Shown here: positions 43,344 to 45,100 of the stretch, piece by piece | Layout of the letters: each line of letters opens with the position of its first letter | Numbering within the stretch: position 1 is the stretch's first letter | Assembly: GCA_937897815.1 (NCBI GenBank) | Contig: CALCNF010000177.1 | Span: forward strand, 1 to 45,100 | Direction of reading: 5' to 3' | Source: an uncultured Pseudomonadota bacterium | GTDB lineage: Bacteria > Myxococcota_A > UBA9042 > PHBI01 > CALCNF01 | DNA length: 45,100 bases | Made by a program: the position numbers and the translations under genes | Notes under the pieces: model-generated | Databases searched by the model: none | Seen by the model: the letters and a program-made list of their open reading frames with translations, nothing else | Told to the model about the DNA's origin: nothing

Positions 43344-45100
43344 CGCTTCCGCCGCTTCTGGGGCTTGGCGCGGATGGCGGACTCCTCGGCCTCTGGAAGG
43401 CGAGCTCGGATGTCGTCCTTTTCAACGGTCAACAAGGCCGGGCGACCGGAGAGGCGCCCGTCGGGACGCAGGGTCCGATCGCCGAGCGCGCCGCGCACAT
43501 GACGGAGCTCACGAAGCGCCCTCAGCCAGGCGGTGCGTGGGGGGGAGTCGGAGGTCTCCAGAGTGCCCAGGACGCTCAGGGCGAGCTTCGCCGCGTCATA
43601 CGCCGCGGCCGCGTACTCACCGAGAGCCCCGGGCTTGGCTCCGTAGCGCTGCAGATAGGCGTTCACGAAGCGATGGTTCTCAGGCTGGTCCGGATCATGG
43701 GCGAAGCCGACGGCGAAGATGGCGTTCTCCGTGAGCCGGTCGCCCATGTCGACGATGGACCGGCGATTGAAGCCATACAGGCCGAGCAGCTGCACCGTCG
43801 GACGGCCTTGGACGTCCAACACCGCGGGGTGGGTTCGAATCGGTGTCCCCTGGCCGTGGAGAACGCGGACCACCTCTCGAATTCGCACCGCCTTGGTCAA
43901 GGGCAGAAAGAGAGCTTCGTAGGGATGAGCGTTCTCGGTCTCCAGGGCGTGCACCTGAGCGAGCTGCTGAGCGGCCTTGAGCGCGCTCTGTGAGGTCTCC
44001 GCGACCCCGACGATCTCCTGACGGCGACGGGCCTTAGCCGTCGCGACGTCCTGTCCAAGGGCGTGCACGACGCTCAACGTCGCCCCAAGGCGCCGCGCTT
44101 CGGCCCAGAAGGCGTCGAGAGCCTCCAAGCCATACCTGGACTGGGGGTAGACCACTGCGAGGCGTTTAAGACCCATCTCTGCCACGGCGACACGCGCCAC
44201 AGCTCTGGCGTGATCGCCAGGAGAGAACCGAATACGGATCGCGGTGGTGATCTCCTCCAGGGCGCCCGGGAAGCTCGACAAGGTGATCATAGCCACCTGG
44301 CGCTCCTCGGACACGAGGGCGGCCGCCCGCGTCTCCTCCCGACCCACGGGGCCCAGGAGCAGCGCGACCTTCTCCTCGTCGATGAGACGCCGGGCCTCCG
44401 CGGCCGCCAGGCTCGCCTTTCCCTGGGTGTCAGCGAAGAGCAGCGATACTGCGGTCCCATCGAAAGCGAGGTCGAGGCCCTTCTTGGCCATCTGTCCAAA
44501 TCGGCCATAGGGACCCGACAGGGGTAGAAGCACGCCGATGGATGTCTGGGAATCGCCGCGCTGAGCTTCCGAGCCCTCCGCGTCGGGCGCGTGGGGCCAC
44601 GCCTCAAGGCGTCGGAGAAGCGCTCGGCGTCGTTGCGAGAGCCTCGACAGAGACTCGACCCCCGCCATCACCTCGCTGGGGAGGTTCGGCAGCGTGGCGC
44701 GATCAAACCATCGTTTCGCGCTCTTGGGGTCCTGGCGCTCCAGGGCGTACTCGGTTAGCGAGAGACACGCGCGGGTCGACTCCAGACTTCCGGGCAGCTC
44801 GCGCGCGACGCGGGCCCAGATCAGCTGCGCATCCAGCCCGTTTCCGGTCCGCATGAATGACCGGGCGCGCTGCAAGTCCGAGCGCAGGCGCTCCAGAGTC
44901 GCGAGCTCTGCGGCCGTCGGTCCTGGTGGTGGAGCCTCCTCCTCCTGAACCCCTGGTGCCTCATCCGGGACTTCCTGCGCTTCATCTGGATCTTCCGGCT
45001 GCGTCTCGGGCGGGGCCTGAGTGTCCGGCGCGGGTGTTGGCGCCGGGGAGCCCTCTCGCTCAGTGATGGTCTGTCCGTAGACGGGCGAGACCAACGCGAG
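43340..45100 (-). CDS. Periplasmic-binding-fold (Peripla_BP_6 / LpoA-like) protein with Pro/Glu-rich linker and TPR-like region (N-terminus probably beyond the right window edge)
   Basis: SIGVLLPLSGPYGRFGQMAKKGLDLAF and the following alternating pattern are typical of type-1 periplasmic binding fold/LpoA C-terminal domains. The frame is open to the window end; the track start at 45094 is only a TTG. Confidence 0.7.
   Translation of the reverse strand, partial: LALVSPVYGQTITEREGSPAPTPAPDTQAPPETQPEDPDEAQEVPDEAPGVQEEEAPPPGPTAAELATLERLRSDLQRARSFMRTGNGLDAQLIWARVARELPGSLESTRACLSLTEYALERQDPKSAKRWFDRATLPNLPSEVMAGVESLSRLSQRRRALLRRLEAWPHAPDAEGSEAQRGDSQTSIGVLLPLSGPYGRFGQMAKKGLDLAFDGTAVSLLFADTQGKASLAAAEARRLIDEEKVALLLGPVGREETRAAALVSEERQVAMITLSSFPGALEEITTAIRIRFSPGDHARAVARVAVAEMGLKRLAVVYPQSRYGLEALDAFWAEARRLGATLSVVHALGQDVATAKARRRQEIVGVAETSQSALKAAQQLAQVHALETENAHPYEALFLPLTKAVRIREVVRVLHGQGTPIRTHPAVLDVQGRPTVQLLGLYGFNRRSIVDMGDRLTENAIFAVGFAHDPDQPENHRFVNAYLQRYGAKPGALGEYAAAAYDAAKLALSVLGTLETSDSPPRTAWLRALRELRHVRGALGDRTLRPDGRLSGRPALLTVEKDDIRARLPEAEESAIRAKPQKRRKR

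Noticed and set aside
1-45100. Looked for defence, toxin-antitoxin, phage, integrase, transposase, restriction-modification, retron or CRISPR-Cas signatures, and for abrupt compositional islands
   Set aside because: No ORF shows nuclease, helicase, methylase, recombinase or reverse-transcriptase motifs that I can recognise. There are no direct-repeat/spacer arrays and no flanking tRNA or att-like repeats. Composition looks uniformly GC-rich by eye; pilB and pilC look only slightly AT-richer. The window looks like core chromosome rather than a mobile or defence island.

Overview
High-GC, densely packed bacterial chromosomal segment with about 34 protein-coding genes. I recognised no rRNA, tRNA, CRISPR array, transposase, integrase or defence-type genes. 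The gene content and the many ATGA start/stop overlaps suggest a Myxococcota/Bradymonadales-like lineage; that taxonomic call is inference only. Note that M in the supplied ORF track can stand for GTG or TTG (e.g. 36009 GTG, 33459 TTG, 45094 TTG). Many track ORFs are N-terminally over-extended or are antisense shadows.

Gene order, left to right:
- A secreted TldD-like peptidase on the minus strand that runs off the left edge and is missing from the ORF track.
- A perfect parS site followed by parA-parB.
- An 11-gene minus-strand array (16097 down to 3217): pilB-pilT-pilC-pilS-pilR, an unknown membrane protein, an extended SDR, a DegT aminotransferase, an ABC ATPase, an ABC-2 permease and a membrane protein.
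- dprA-topA-trmFO.
- A FadN-type dehydrogenase/hydratase fusion plus a thiolase.
- A three-gene envelope module: a PEGA/TolA-like protein, a Kelch lipoprotein and a 1552-aa OmpA-domain outer-membrane protein.
- A CPBP protease, then thrB with a coupled small membrane protein.
- GT2 glycosyltransferase, CE4 deacetylase, MobA and a radical SAM gene.
- hemW, a PKD lipoprotein, thiL and an LpoA-like binding-fold protein.

Most interesting leads:
1. The non-enzymatic three-gene envelope module at 24.6-33.3 kb, which I cannot assign to any named system.
2. The pilus cluster, which has PilSR but no pilin gene. It runs straight into a translationally coupled amino-sugar/ABC-2 export module.

Everything functional here rests on motif recognition by eye. 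No database search was run.
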